Assembly: GCA_002315875.1 (NCBI GenBank)
Contig: DCIL01000013.1
Location: 3,168 to 67,167 of the forward strand
From: Verrucomicrobia bacterium UBA1727
GTDB taxonomy: Bacteria > Verrucomicrobiota > Kiritimatiellia > RFP12 > UBA1067
Length of the DNA: 64,000 nt
Reading direction: 5' to 3'
The translations under genes were made by a program, and so were the position numbers. Below are positions 1-8,106 of the stretch, in pieces (the stretch's first letter is position 1; every line of letters starts with the position of its first letter). The notes beneath the pieces are model-generated. The model did not search any database and was not told where the DNA came from. It saw nothing but the letters and a program-made list of their open reading frames with translations.

Positions 1-227
1 ATGTAGTAGACGCGCTTGGTGTTCTGGCGGCCGTATTCCTCCTGGGTGTTGATCCAGCGCTCGACGATGCGGTCGCGGACGGCATTGGCGAAGGCGGTGT
101 AGCGGTCGCGATCGGTCGCGCGGCTATCGCCCTTGGCGAGCGAATACCTGAGATGCCAGGCGAAATCTTCCTTGAGTCCGTCGACGGACATGTCGACGCG
201 GCGGTCTTTTTTCTTTGTTGTCTTCAT
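1..227 (-). CDS. glgP: alpha-glucan (glycogen/maltodextrin) phosphorylase, N-terminal fragment running off the window
   Basis: Hand translation from ATG at 227..225 gives MKTTKKKDRRVDMSVDGLKEDFAWHLRYSLAKGDSRATDRDRYTAFANAVRDRIVERWINTQEEYGRQNTKRVYY. The RDR-I-VERW ... KRVYY pattern is the conserved N-terminal region of GT35 phosphorylases. Not in the ORF track because it is truncated. Confidence 0.7.
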   Translation of the reverse strand, partial: MKTTKKKDRRVDMSVDGLKEDFAWHLRYSLAKGDSRATDRDRYTAFANAVRDRIVERWINTQEEYGRQNTKRVYY

Positions 228-249
228 TGCTTTTTCGTCTTTGTATGGA

Positions 250-1203
250 TCAATTGAACAAACTCTTCAGCGAATCGGTCGCGCCCTTGAGCGCGTCACC
301 GGCGCCCTTGAGCGAATCGGTAGCACCCTTGAGCGCGTCCGTCGCGCCCTTCGTATCGAGCTTCTTGATGGCCTCGATTCCCTTGTTGAGATTCTCGACT
401 CCGGACTCAGAAAGCGCACCGGCCACGTTACCGAGGTCGACTCCGATGTCCTTCAAACTCACGCCGATCGCGCTGAGCGAGCGCATGAACGTCGCGAAAA
501 TGACGGCCTGGATCTCGTCCGGAGAAAGTCCGCCCTCCTTGCGTCCGAGCTCGGTGAGCACGATCGGCGGCATCGGCATCGTGAGCTTACCCCACTGCAC
601 CAGCACGCCGCGGACTTCGAGACGGTCGATGATGAACTTCTTAGACGGCTTCTTCGCCTCTGGCTTGGCTGGCTGAGCGTCGGCGGACTGATTCGTCTTG
701 GCCTTCTCAGCGACCTCGGCCGTCTTCGCCTTCTCGAGCTTCAGTTCGAGTTCCTTCGCCTGACGCTCCTCGTAGGCCACGCGCTGCTCGTCGTCCCGTA
801 GGTCATAGCCGCCGTTCGCGGAGGCGAGGAGTCGGTCGAAGTTGTTGAGTCCCTTGTCGTCCTTCACATAGGAAACGAAGACATTCTTCAGTTCGATGGT
901 CTCGACCACGATCACATCGCTCATCGCCGTCGACATGTCGACATCGATGGTGAAGTGCTCGATCGAGCAGGCGACCCGTTCGCTGTAGCCCTCGGGATTC
1001 TCGAGGCGGAGTCCGTCAAGGATCACGCGTCCGAGATACTGGTTGATGTGGAGGGCGTCCATCTTGAACTTCGTGCTCAGCACGCGCGGCACCACCGAAT
1101 TCACCACGGGACGCAACACGGTGGAATCCCAGACCGGGAGCGTCAGGACGACCGAAATCAGAAGCAATATCAGAATGCCGACTATCCAAAGAATCTTCTT
1201 CAT
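250..1203 (-). CDS. membrane-anchored protein, AsmA/DUF748-like N-terminus (function uncertain)
   Basis: 317-aa ORF. N-terminal TM helix MKKILWIVGILILLLISVVLTL, then a beta-rich region resembling AsmA-family N-termini, a charged KE-rich linker, and a C-terminal repeat (KGATDALKGATDSLKGAGDALKGATDSLK). Confidence 0.5.
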   Translation of the reverse strand: MKKILWIVGILILLLISVVLTLPVWDSTVLRPVVNSVVPRVLSTKFKMDALHINQYLGRVILDGLRLENPEGYSERVACSIEHFTIDVDMSTAMSDVIVVETIELKNVFVSYVKDDKGLNNFDRLLASANGGYDLRDDEQRVAYEERQAKELELKLEKAKTAEVAEKAKTNQSADAQPAKPEAKKPSKKFIIDRLEVRGVLVQWGKLTMPMPPIVLTELGRKEGGLSPDEIQAVIFATFMRSLSAIGVSLKDIGVDLGNVAGALSESGVENLNKGIEAIKKLDTKGATDALKGATDSLKGAGDALKGATDSLKSLFN

Positions 1204-1220
1204 ATTCGTTTTACCTCTTC

Positions 1221-1796
1221 TTATTTTACGTCTTCGACTGTGATTTTCGTACGATGTCCCGAGCCGATGGTTTCAACTTCCATCTGGTTGGCCATCCACC
1301 GCTCGCCAAATTTCTTGATTCGCGTTCCCCAAAGCCGGCGCACGGGCTTGTCGCCCTTCAGCTCCTCGGCCTGCATCATCGCCCCGGTCTTGCGATCGAC
1401 CCAAACGCGCACCGTGCGGTCTCCCTTTTTAAGAAGCACGACCGCACAGACCTGTCCGTGCACCGTCTCACCCTCACGGGTGGTGTCGAACGCAAAGTCA
1501 TTCCAGTAGAGGTAGTCGAGCGTGATGTCGGACCAGGTGACATCGGTATTGCAGATCGAGGAATTGCCGTCGTTGCCTGGAACGAACGGCGAGCCGTCGA
1601 TTGAAAGATCGGTCTTGCCTCCGCGGCGCTTGAGAACATAGTCGTGTTCCGCCTGCGAAATGCCGCGGCGATTGCGCAGGATGACGCGTCCGTTAAGCTC
1701 GACGTTCGCCGGCAGCATCCGCCGGCAGCTCATCACCAGCTCGGACGGAGTGGCGTTGGTCGACAGCAGGAACGATGCGAGAATCGCGGTGATCAT
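1221..1796 (-). CDS. LolA-like / outer-membrane lipoprotein-sorting-fold protein (putative)
   Basis: 191-aa ORF with a signal-like N-terminus. The C-terminal pattern (KGDRTVRVWVDRKTGAMMQAEELKGDKPVRRLWGTRIKKFGERWMANQMEVE) resembles LolA-like sorting-protein families. 4-nt overlap with the upstream TPR gene. Confidence 0.4.
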   Translation of the reverse strand: MITAILASFLLSTNATPSELVMSCRRMLPANVELNGRVILRNRRGISQAEHDYVLKRRGGKTDLSIDGSPFVPGNDGNSSICNTDVTWSDITLDYLYWNDFAFDTTREGETVHGQVCAVVLLKKGDRTVRVWVDRKTGAMMQAEELKGDKPVRRLWGTRIKKFGERWMANQMEVETIGSGHRTKITVEDVK

Positions 1797-2593
1797 TTCA
1801 GTTTTTCCTCCAGTTTCTTGTCCTCGGGACCTCCCGCGGACCGTCCCGTCTCATAATACTTCTTTGCCGCCGCGACATCATTCTGTTCGAGTTTGAGCCG
1901 CGCCATGTTGTAGTAGGCGAAATGATTCTTGGGATTCGCCATCATGCACTCCTCGAGCGATTTTTCCGCAGCCGCGATGTTGCCTCGCTTTTTCTCGAGC
2001 ATGGCCTTGAGACAAAAGGCGGTCGGCGACTTGGGTTTCGCCTCGAACATCTCCTTGACGATCTTCTCGGCTTCCTCGTATTCGCCGCGCTTCAAAGCGC
2101 GCATGAAGAGATCCTTGCGCGAATGGCCCTTGCGCGGATTGTTGAGTTTCATCCTCTCGGCGGATTTCCGTTCGATCTTCGCCTTCCTCTCCGCCGCGAG
2201 CTTCTTCTCGAGCTCCGTAGTGTCGCTCACTGCCACCGCCTTGGCGTTGTCCTTGATCTGCGAGAGCAACATCGAATCAATTGCCGCGCTCACATAGGCG
2301 CGCTTATTGCGCAAGGTGGCGAACTCCGGCTTCTTGGCACGGTCTGGATTCTCCGCCTCGATCTGATCAAGCTTCTTGAGCGCCTCGCGATACTTCTCGA
2401 CCGCTTCGCTGGTCTTGCCTTCGGCCGCCAGATCGGATGCGGTGTCGATGAGTTCGGAAGCCGGCTCCATCAGTTCCGAAAGCCGCGGTGGTTCCTTCTC
2501 TTCTTCTTCGGACGAGCCAAAAGGCCAGTACCAGCTCGCCTGAGCCGAAAGCGCAAGCGACGAAAACATCAATGCTGCCAGGGTCGATTTCAT
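1793..2593 (-). CDS. secreted TPR-repeat protein
   Basis: 266-aa ORF. Signal peptide MKSTLAALMFSSLALSAQA. TPR-like helices (AVEKYREALKKLDQ..., YEEAEKIVKEMFEAKP..., HFAYYNMARLKLEQNDVAAAKKYYE). 4-nt overlap with the rnfG stop. Confidence 0.7.
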   Translation of the reverse strand: MKSTLAALMFSSLALSAQASWYWPFGSSEEEEKEPPRLSELMEPASELIDTASDLAAEGKTSEAVEKYREALKKLDQIEAENPDRAKKPEFATLRNKRAYVSAAIDSMLLSQIKDNAKAVAVSDTTELEKKLAAERKAKIERKSAERMKLNNPRKGHSRKDLFMRALKRGEYEEAEKIVKEMFEAKPKSPTAFCLKAMLEKKRGNIAAAEKSLEECMMANPKNHFAYYNMARLKLEQNDVAAAKKYYETGRSAGGPEDKKLEEKLK

Positions 2594-3117
2594 TTGCCGG
2601 CCTTCTTCAGTTTCTTCGCGGCATCACCGATCGCCTTGATGACCGCCTTCGAGGTGATGGTAGCGGACGTAATCGCCTCGATCTTGCCGCCCTTCTTCTT
2701 GAGCTTGAGCGTGGTCGCGTCCTGTCCGCGGAACTGTCCGATGAACTCCGGCGTATTGAGCTTCATTCCGAGTCCGGGAGTTTCGGACGCCTTGAGCGTC
2801 TTGTAGGTGACAAGCGTCTTCTTGTCCTTCTCGAAACCGACCATCAGCACGATCTCGCCGCCGTAGCCGCCGCCGTCACCACCCTCCGCGGCATAGCCGA
2901 TGACCTTGTCCGCGGCATCCTTGCCGATGAAGACGCCGCTCGCTTCATCGATCTTGGCGACACCCTTTGGCATCACCGCCTTGACCGCCGCGACGCGATT
3001 CGCAGCTGCAGTCGCCTTGATCGGCTCGGCCGTGACATCGTTGACATACGCGAGCACCGACGCACAAACGCCGGAGATGATAGTTAGGCTGAGAACAAGT
3101 CCGAGAATTTTTTTCAT
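2590..3117 (-). CDS. rnfG: Rnf electron-transport complex subunit G (FMN-binding)
   Basis: 175 aa. N-terminal anchor, GYGGEIVLMVGF, ETPGLG, and the FMN attachment-type motif ITSATITSKAV typical of RnfG/NqrC. Confidence 0.85.
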   Translation of the reverse strand: MKKILGLVLSLTIISGVCASVLAYVNDVTAEPIKATAAANRVAAVKAVMPKGVAKIDEASGVFIGKDAADKVIGYAAEGGDGGGYGGEIVLMVGFEKDKKTLVTYKTLKASETPGLGMKLNTPEFIGQFRGQDATTLKLKKKGGKIEAITSATITSKAVIKAIGDAAKKLKKAGK

Positions 3118-3120
3118 AGT

Positions 3121-3160
3121 GGGAAGAGATTAGAAATGAGAGATGAGGTGGACATTGGAG
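3121..3160. repeat. purine-rich intergenic motif, copy A (GAGATGAG...AGGTGGACATTGG), upstream of rnfG
   Basis: gggaagagattagaaatgagagatgaggtggacattggag. Related to the copies at 4172..4213 and, inverted, 4617..4650. Confidence 0.7.
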
Positions 3161-3162
3161 TT

Positions 3163-4161
3163 TTACTTTTTTGAGCCGAAGGGTTTGGGGCCGGTCCAGC
3201 GGTTGATGAGCGGACAAAGCGCGTTCATGATGAGAATCGCGAAGGAGCAGCCCTCGGGATACGATCCGAGATGACGGATGAGCATGCAGACGAGTCCGCA
3301 GCCAAAACCGAAGATCACCTTTCCGAGCGCAGTAGTCGGCGAAGTGACGTAATCGGTCGCCATGAAGCACGCACCGATCATCACGCCGCCGGTCAGCACC
3401 TGCATGTGCGCGGGAGCGCCGCCGGCGAAGTATCCGTAAAGCCAGACGGTCGCCAGGAAGACGACTGGAATATGCCAGGTGATGACCTTGCGGCAGATGA
3501 GATACACCGCTCCAAGCGCGAGCGCAAGCGCGGAGACCTCACCGATGCAGCCCGGCATATTGCCGATGAGCATATCGGAAAGCGACGGAAAACTCGCGAG
3601 CGCTTTCTCGATGTGAGGGGTCGCCTGAGTGACGACATCGCAACCGTAGAGACGCTTCATCGCCGCAAGCGGAGTCGCCGTCGTCATCGCCTCAGGGGTC
3701 TTCCACCAGAGCGGCTTGAGCCAGGTGGTCATAGGACCGGTGAAGCTTATTAGCATGAAGGCGCGCGCGGCGAGGGCGGGGTTGAACGGATTCATGCCGA
3801 GTCCGCCGAAGACCTGCTTGCAGATGAAAATTGCAAAGACCGATCCGAGGACGGCCATCCAGAGGGGAAGTCCAGCCGGAAGATTCAAGGCGAGGAGGAG
3901 TCCCGTAACGACGGCCGAAAGATCGCCGATCGTATTCTCGCGCTTCATCGCGAGTCGGCAGATGGCCTCGGTCACGAGACAGGTCGCAACGCAGGTGGCG
4001 ATCGTCCAGACGGCAGGCAATCCGAAGAACCAGATGCCAGCCGCGGTGGTCGGCAGAAGCGCGATGATGACGTCGAGCATGATGCGCGAGACACTTGAAT
4101 GAGAGTGCGCGTGCGGAGAGCTCGACAGGATGAAGTGCTCGGCAGTATCTTTTGGTTTCAT
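3163..4161 (-). CDS. rnfD: Rnf complex subunit D
   Basis: Polytopic membrane protein of the RnfD/NqrB type (SSPHAHS..., VMLDVIIALLP, GGLGMNPFNPALAARAF, GCFMATDYVTSP). Start moved to the internal ATG at 4161 (MKPKDTAEHF...), because the upstream part of the 383-aa ORF overlaps the four-helix-bundle gene and is Arg-rich junk. Confidence 0.85.
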   Translation of the reverse strand: MKPKDTAEHFILSSSPHAHSHSSVSRIMLDVIIALLPTTAAGIWFFGLPAVWTIATCVATCLVTEAICRLAMKRENTIGDLSAVVTGLLLALNLPAGLPLWMAVLGSVFAIFICKQVFGGLGMNPFNPALAARAFMLISFTGPMTTWLKPLWWKTPEAMTTATPLAAMKRLYGCDVVTQATPHIEKALASFPSLSDMLIGNMPGCIGEVSALALALGAVYLICRKVITWHIPVVFLATVWLYGYFAGGAPAHMQVLTGGVMIGACFMATDYVTSPTTALGKVIFGFGCGLVCMLIRHLGSYPEGCSFAILIMNALCPLINRWTGPKPFGSKK

Positions 4162-4171
4162 GGCGTGGGAA

Positions 4172-4213
4172 GAGATGAGAGATGAGAGATGAGAAATGAC
4201 AGTGGAGGTTAGG
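4172..4213. repeat. purine-rich intergenic motif, copy B, between the four-helix-bundle gene and rnfD
   Basis: gagatgagagatgagagatgagaaatgacagtggaggttagg. It begins with GGGAAGAGAT like copy A. Its distal part (GAGATGAGAAA..GTGGA..GGTTAG) is mirrored by copy C. Confidence 0.7.
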
Positions 4214-4604
4214 TTCTTTGTTCTAAAGTGCTGAATTTCTGCAACATGGCGGTCAGCATACGACTGATTTCGTCCGCGAGCTGCCGTATGGAATCGTACT
4301 CGGAAATGTAACATTGGCGCTTAGCAATTTCAAGCTGTGTAAGCATCTCATATAAACTGCCGCGTGCAATTGAAAGAAAATGTGCATAATCACGATTTCC
4401 GGCACGCCCGCTGCCCTCGGCGATATTCGATGGAACGGAAACAACGGCACGACGCAACTGGTCGGTTAGCGCATACTTCTCTTGAGGTGGAAACAATCTC
4501 ACCTGGTCATAGACGAGCTGCACTAATTCCATGGCTTTCTGCCAAACTGCCAATTTCTCGAATAAAAACTCACCACTCTCCTTCATCTCCACCTTATCCT
4601 TCAT
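4209..4604 (-). CDS. four-helix-bundle protein (23S rRNA intervening-sequence / Avd-like family)
   Basis: 131 aa with the family hallmarks FEKLAVWQKAMELVQLVY, LTDQLRRAVVSVPSNIAEG, RDYAHFLSIARGSLYEMLTQLEIA. Inserted between rnfC and rnfD. The start could also be the second Met (4586). Confidence 0.85.
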   Translation of the reverse strand: MKDKVEMKESGEFLFEKLAVWQKAMELVQLVYDQVRLFPPQEKYALTDQLRRAVVSVPSNIAEGSGRAGNRDYAHFLSIARGSLYEMLTQLEIAKRQCYISEYDSIRQLADEISRMLTAMLQKFSTLEQRT

Positions 4605-4616
4605 TATCTCAAAATA

Positions 4617-4650
4617 CTAACCACCATTGTCCACCTATTTTCTCATCTCT
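4617..4650. repeat. purine-rich intergenic motif, copy C (inverted orientation), between rnfC and the four-helix-bundle gene
   Basis: The reverse complement reads agagatgagaaaataggtggacaatggtggttag. It shares GAGATGAGAAA, GGTGGACA[AT]TGG and GGTTAG with copies A and B, so B and C form an imperfect inverted repeat around the four-helix-bundle gene. Confidence 0.65.
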
Positions 4651-6043
4651 ACTTTCTCTCCCTCTCGGCGGCCGCGGCGGCTGCTTTCGCCTTCTCCGCC
4701 GCGATACGGGCACGGATCGAATTCTTCGCACGGCGGCAGAACTGGGTTATCGGACGATAGGCGGGACAACTGAAGCTGCACGCACCGCACTCGATGCACG
4801 TCATCACATGGAGATCCTCCGCCGCCTTGATGTCATCGGCCTCGACCGCCTTGGCGATCTCCGCGGCGTTGAGATTCATCGGACACGCCCTCACACAGCG
4901 TCCGCAATTGATACACGCCTGAGAGGAATACTGGAAAATGCGATTCTTCGAGAGAAGCAAAAGCCCCGATGTCGTCTTCGTCGTCGCGATCTCCAAGTTC
5001 GGCACCGCAAAGCCCATCATCGTGCCGCCGGAAATTACCTTCGCAGGAACTCCCTTCTCTCCTCCGCAAAACGCAACGAGATCGGAATACTTCGTTCCGC
5101 ACGGAGCGAGAATGTTCTTCGGCTCCTGGACCGCATCGCCCGAAACGGTCGTAACGCGCTCCAGAAGCGGCTCACCCTTCTCGACCGCGTCCGCGATCGC
5201 GGCGACCGTGCCGACGTTCTCGACGACGCAGCCGACGTCGATCGGCAAGGCCGGCGGCTCGGGAACGATGCGTCCGACCGTCGCGTAGATCTGATGCTTT
5301 TCGCTGCCCTGCGGATAGAGAACGGGGAGAACAACGATCTCGACATTGCCGGAGATGTCAGCAAACGCCTTCTCCATCGCGGCGATTGCATCCGGCTTGT
5401 TCGCCTCGATGGCGATCCGCACGGCACAATCTCCGAGAATCTTGCGCATGATCTCGACGCCGATGCGGATGCGGTCGGCGCGTTCGACCATCAGATGGTG
5501 GTCGGCGCAAAGATACGGCTCGCATTCCGCACCGTTGAGGATCAGATATTCGCAGCGCTTGCCGGGCGGAGGATTGAGTTTGACCGAGGTCGGAAACCCT
5601 GCACCGCCCATTCCGCAGATGCCGGCTTCTTCGATTCGCTTGAGAAGATCTTCGCGAGAGGCAGTGCGCCAATCAAGAGGTTGAAGGTTGAAGGTTGAAG
5701 GTTGAAGGTCGGAGGGCTTCTCAGCCGTCGTGTCGAGGATGACGGCGGGGGCGACACCGCCAGCGGCACCGGAACGCGCTTCGACGGACTTGACGAGTCC
5801 CGCGGCGGGGGCGCGCACGCAGACGGAGATGAAGCCGTTCTTCTCGCCGATGAGCTGTCCGCGCTCGACGTAGTCACCGGGCTTGACGATGCATTTGGCC
5901 GGCGCGCCGAGATGCTGGCTCATGGACACTACGAGCTCGGCGGGACACGGAAGCTTCTCAATCGGCTTTGCGCGAGCGAGTTCCTTGTTGTAGTCGGGAT
6001 GCACCCCACCCTTGAACTTGAAGGCACTCTTGACCGTTCTCAT
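4649..6043 (-). CDS. rnfC: Rnf complex subunit C (NADH-binding, 2x[4Fe-4S])
   Basis: Start set at ATG 6043 (MRTVKSAFKFKGGVHPDYNK...). Motifs GMGGAGFPT, LILNGAECEPYL, and two ferredoxin motifs CINCGRCVRACP and CIECGACSFSCP. The upstream part of the 624-aa track ORF overlaps the beta-helix gene. Confidence 0.9.
   Translation of the reverse strand: MRTVKSAFKFKGGVHPDYNKELARAKPIEKLPCPAELVVSMSQHLGAPAKCIVKPGDYVERGQLIGEKNGFISVCVRAPAAGLVKSVEARSGAAGGVAPAVILDTTAEKPSDLQPSTFNLQPLDWRTASREDLLKRIEEAGICGMGGAGFPTSVKLNPPPGKRCEYLILNGAECEPYLCADHHLMVERADRIRIGVEIMRKILGDCAVRIAIEANKPDAIAAMEKAFADISGNVEIVVLPVLYPQGSEKHQIYATVGRIVPEPPALPIDVGCVVENVGTVAAIADAVEKGEPLLERVTTVSGDAVQEPKNILAPCGTKYSDLVAFCGGEKGVPAKVISGGTMMGFAVPNLEIATTKTTSGLLLLSKNRIFQYSSQACINCGRCVRACPMNLNAAEIAKAVEADDIKAAEDLHVMTCIECGACSFSCPAYRPITQFCRRAKNSIRARIAAEKAKAAAAAAERERK
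5679..5709. repeat. heptanucleotide tandem repeat (GGTTGAA)x4 plus partial, inside rnfC
   Basis: Four perfect copies at 5679..5706 followed by GGT. Encodes ...LQPSTFNLQPL... in the rnfC frame. Confidence 0.95.
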
Positions 6044-7287
6044 TTCATCTCCTTGCAGACATTGTCGTGAACGCGATATCCGGCCGGCAACTTGTCCGGT
6101 CCATCCTTGCAGTAAATGAGTCCATACGGCATCACCTCGAAAGTATTGCCGGAAATGTCGATGTCGACAGTGTCCGTATCCATGGAATAGACGAGGAGCG
6201 GAGTGGACACTTCGCGTTTCGGACGCACCAACGGACCCCATCCGCCACCGACGCGGAGAGTACGATTGCCCGTGAACGAGCAGCGCTTGAAGCCCTTTCC
6301 TTTCGGAGCTCCCCTGCACCAGATCTCGAAGGCCTGGGTGCAGTCCGTCATCGTGCAGTCGCGGAAATGGATGTCGTCCCAACCGGTCAAACTCGGAACC
6401 CCCTGCATCGTCGTCGCAGTATCGTAAACACCCCTGAACGTGCAGCGCTCCACGATCGCATCGCGGCAGTTCGAGCCGAACTCGACGCCGTTGCCGTAGC
6501 GGATGTGAAAGCCGCGCCAGCAATTATAGCACTCGCTACCGCCGATATCCGCGAAGTCGCAATCCGAAATGCGAATATCCTCGCGGATCGTCCGACCGGA
6601 CCAACCACCCGCCATTCCATGCGCGCCCGTAGCCCGAATGAAAAGGTTGGACGCGGCAAAGTGCGAATTGAAGGAAACAGCGTGTTCATTCACGGCGATT
6701 GCAATCTCCTTCGCGAGCAGCGCGGGATTGTTCGTCGCGTGTACATAGATGTAGCCGTCGCGGCCGCAGAAGTCCCACGGCATGACGAGATCGCTGGGGT
6801 CAAAGCGCTTCCAGGGTTTCATCTCGCCGTCAACGATGAGGAACCCCGGATCTGGATCTCCACCTTTGAGGCCGGTGTGCGTCGCCTCGTTGGTAATGGC
6901 GACGCGCCAGAAACAGTGAGTGCAGTCCTCCCAGACGGACGGATCGGGCTTGATGATCTTGGTAGCGGTGATGACGGGCTTAGGGCCTTCGCCATAGGCC
7001 GTGAGGGTAGTGCGGTGAGCGGCGTCGCGGCCAGCAGGCAGGCGGACACCGCCGTAGAAGACATCGCCGCGGCGAAGAAGCGCGGTAGCGCCGGCAGGCA
7101 AAGAGGCGTTTAGTTTCTCGATCGTGCGCCAGGCCGTCGCCGGTGTCTTGCCGTCGGCGGAATCGCTGCCGGCGTTAGAAAGGTAGCGCACCTCACCGGC
7201 GAAGATATGACTGGCCGATAGGGTAAGAACAGCAAGCGTACAACAGCAAGTGAAGAGGCGGGGCATACAAGTGGAGAGGCGGGGCAT
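6040..7287 (-). CDS. secreted right-handed parallel beta-helix (pectate-lyase-fold) protein
   Basis: Start at ATG 7287, or the duplicated ATG at 7266. Signal-like MPRLSTCMPRLFTCCCTLAVLTLSAS. Beta-helix repeats (NLFIRATGAHGMAGGW, IRISDCDFADIGG, IVERCTFRGVYD, IHFRDCTMTDCTQAFEIW). 4-nt overlap with the rnfC start. Confidence 0.65.
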   Translation of the reverse strand: MPRLSTCMPRLFTCCCTLAVLTLSASHIFAGEVRYLSNAGSDSADGKTPATAWRTIEKLNASLPAGATALLRRGDVFYGGVRLPAGRDAAHRTTLTAYGEGPKPVITATKIIKPDPSVWEDCTHCFWRVAITNEATHTGLKGGDPDPGFLIVDGEMKPWKRFDPSDLVMPWDFCGRDGYIYVHATNNPALLAKEIAIAVNEHAVSFNSHFAASNLFIRATGAHGMAGGWSGRTIREDIRISDCDFADIGGSECYNCWRGFHIRYGNGVEFGSNCRDAIVERCTFRGVYDTATTMQGVPSLTGWDDIHFRDCTMTDCTQAFEIWCRGAPKGKGFKRCSFTGNRTLRVGGGWGPLVRPKREVSTPLLVYSMDTDTVDIDISGNTFEVMPYGLIYCKDGPDKLPAGYRVHDNVCKEMK

Positions 7288-7288
7288 A
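7247..7288. repeat. 21-nt tandem duplication spanning the start codon of the beta-helix gene
   Basis: caagtgaagaggcggggcata / caagtggagaggcggggcata (1 mismatch). Gives two in-frame ATGs and MPRLSTC-MPRLFTC. Confidence 0.9.
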
Positions 7289-7292
7289 AAAC

Positions 7293-8102
7293 TCAATGAC
7301 CAGTTTCGAAATGAGGGTCGACGGCCATGCACTTTGCGGGACACTTCGCCACGATCTGTTCGTCCGTCGGAGGGTTCTCGTAATTGACCTTGGCGAGGAA
7401 GCCGTTGAAGGTGAAGTGATTCGCCTCCTTGCCTCCCGAGTTCTTCTCGCAGAGATGACAGCCCATGCAGCCGACACCGCAGACCTTGCGCACCTCGGGT
7501 CCGCGCACGGGATTGTTGCAGAGCACATGGATCGTGGCGGACGCCGGCACGAGTTCGATGAGCTTCTTCGGACATGCCGTCACGCACTTGCCGCAGCCGA
7601 TGCAAAGACGCTTGTCGACCTTGGCGAGTCCGTCGTGAATCGAAATCGCGTGCTTCGGGCACACGTTCGCGCAAGCGCCATAGCCGAGACAGCCGAACTT
7701 GCAGCCCTTGTCGCCGCCCGCCGTTGCCGCCGCGACATTGCAGTCGCAGATGCCGTTATAGTCGCCGACGCGGATCGCCTCCGAGCGCGTGCCGCAGCAC
7801 TTGACGAGCGCGACCCGCTTCCCCGTGGCCGTCGCCTCGACTCCGAGGATCTTCGCGATCGCCGCGGAGCACGCCTCACCGCCGGCGGCGCACGCCCCGT
7901 TGGGAGCGGTGCCAGCGACCAGCGCCCGCGCGTAGCCGTCGCAGCCGGCGAAACCGCAGCCGCCGCAATTGGCGCCCGGCAGTTCCGCGGTGACCATGCC
8001 GATGCGCGGATCTTCCTGAACGCTCAGGTAGCGATCCGCGACCGCAAGCAGAACCGCCGCGACGAGACCGATGCCCGCAATGATGACGATGGCAATGACC
8101 AT
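7293..8102 (-). CDS. rnfB: Rnf complex subunit B (polyferredoxin)
   Basis: 269 aa. N-terminal TM, NCGGCGFAGCDGYA motif, several CxxCxxCxxxCP clusters (CLGYGACANVCP, CIGCGKCVTACP, CMGCHLCEK). Confidence 0.85.
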   Translation of the reverse strand: MVIAIVIIAGIGLVAAVLLAVADRYLSVQEDPRIGMVTAELPGANCGGCGFAGCDGYARALVAGTAPNGACAAGGEACSAAIAKILGVEATATGKRVALVKCCGTRSEAIRVGDYNGICDCNVAAATAGGDKGCKFGCLGYGACANVCPKHAISIHDGLAKVDKRLCIGCGKCVTACPKKLIELVPASATIHVLCNNPVRGPEVRKVCGVGCMGCHLCEKNSGGKEANHFTFNGFLAKVNYENPPTDEQIVAKCPAKCMAVDPHFETGH

Positions 8103-8106
8103 AACG

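Noticed and set aside
133-801. Plus-strand ORFs 133..801 and 215..676 at the window start
   Set aside because: They are antisense to the AsmA-like gene and to the hand-identified phosphorylase N-terminus. The products are low-complexity (RIGRALERVTGALERIG-type mirror of the KGATD repeat).
4209-4604. Four-helix-bundle gene as the Avd component of a diversity-generating retroelement
   Set aside because: No reverse transcriptase gene and no template/variable repeat pair are visible anywhere in the window. It was therefore treated as an orphan family member.
6044-6523. N-terminal extensions of track ORFs (4649..6523, 6040..7674, 3163..4314, 13614..15551, 10766..13123, 39428..40420, 33282..33980, 34438..34833)
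   Set aside because: The extensions overlap the 3' ends of well-supported upstream genes and are Arg-rich junk. Internal ATGs give N-termini typical of the families, often in ATGA/TGATG coupling with the upstream stop.
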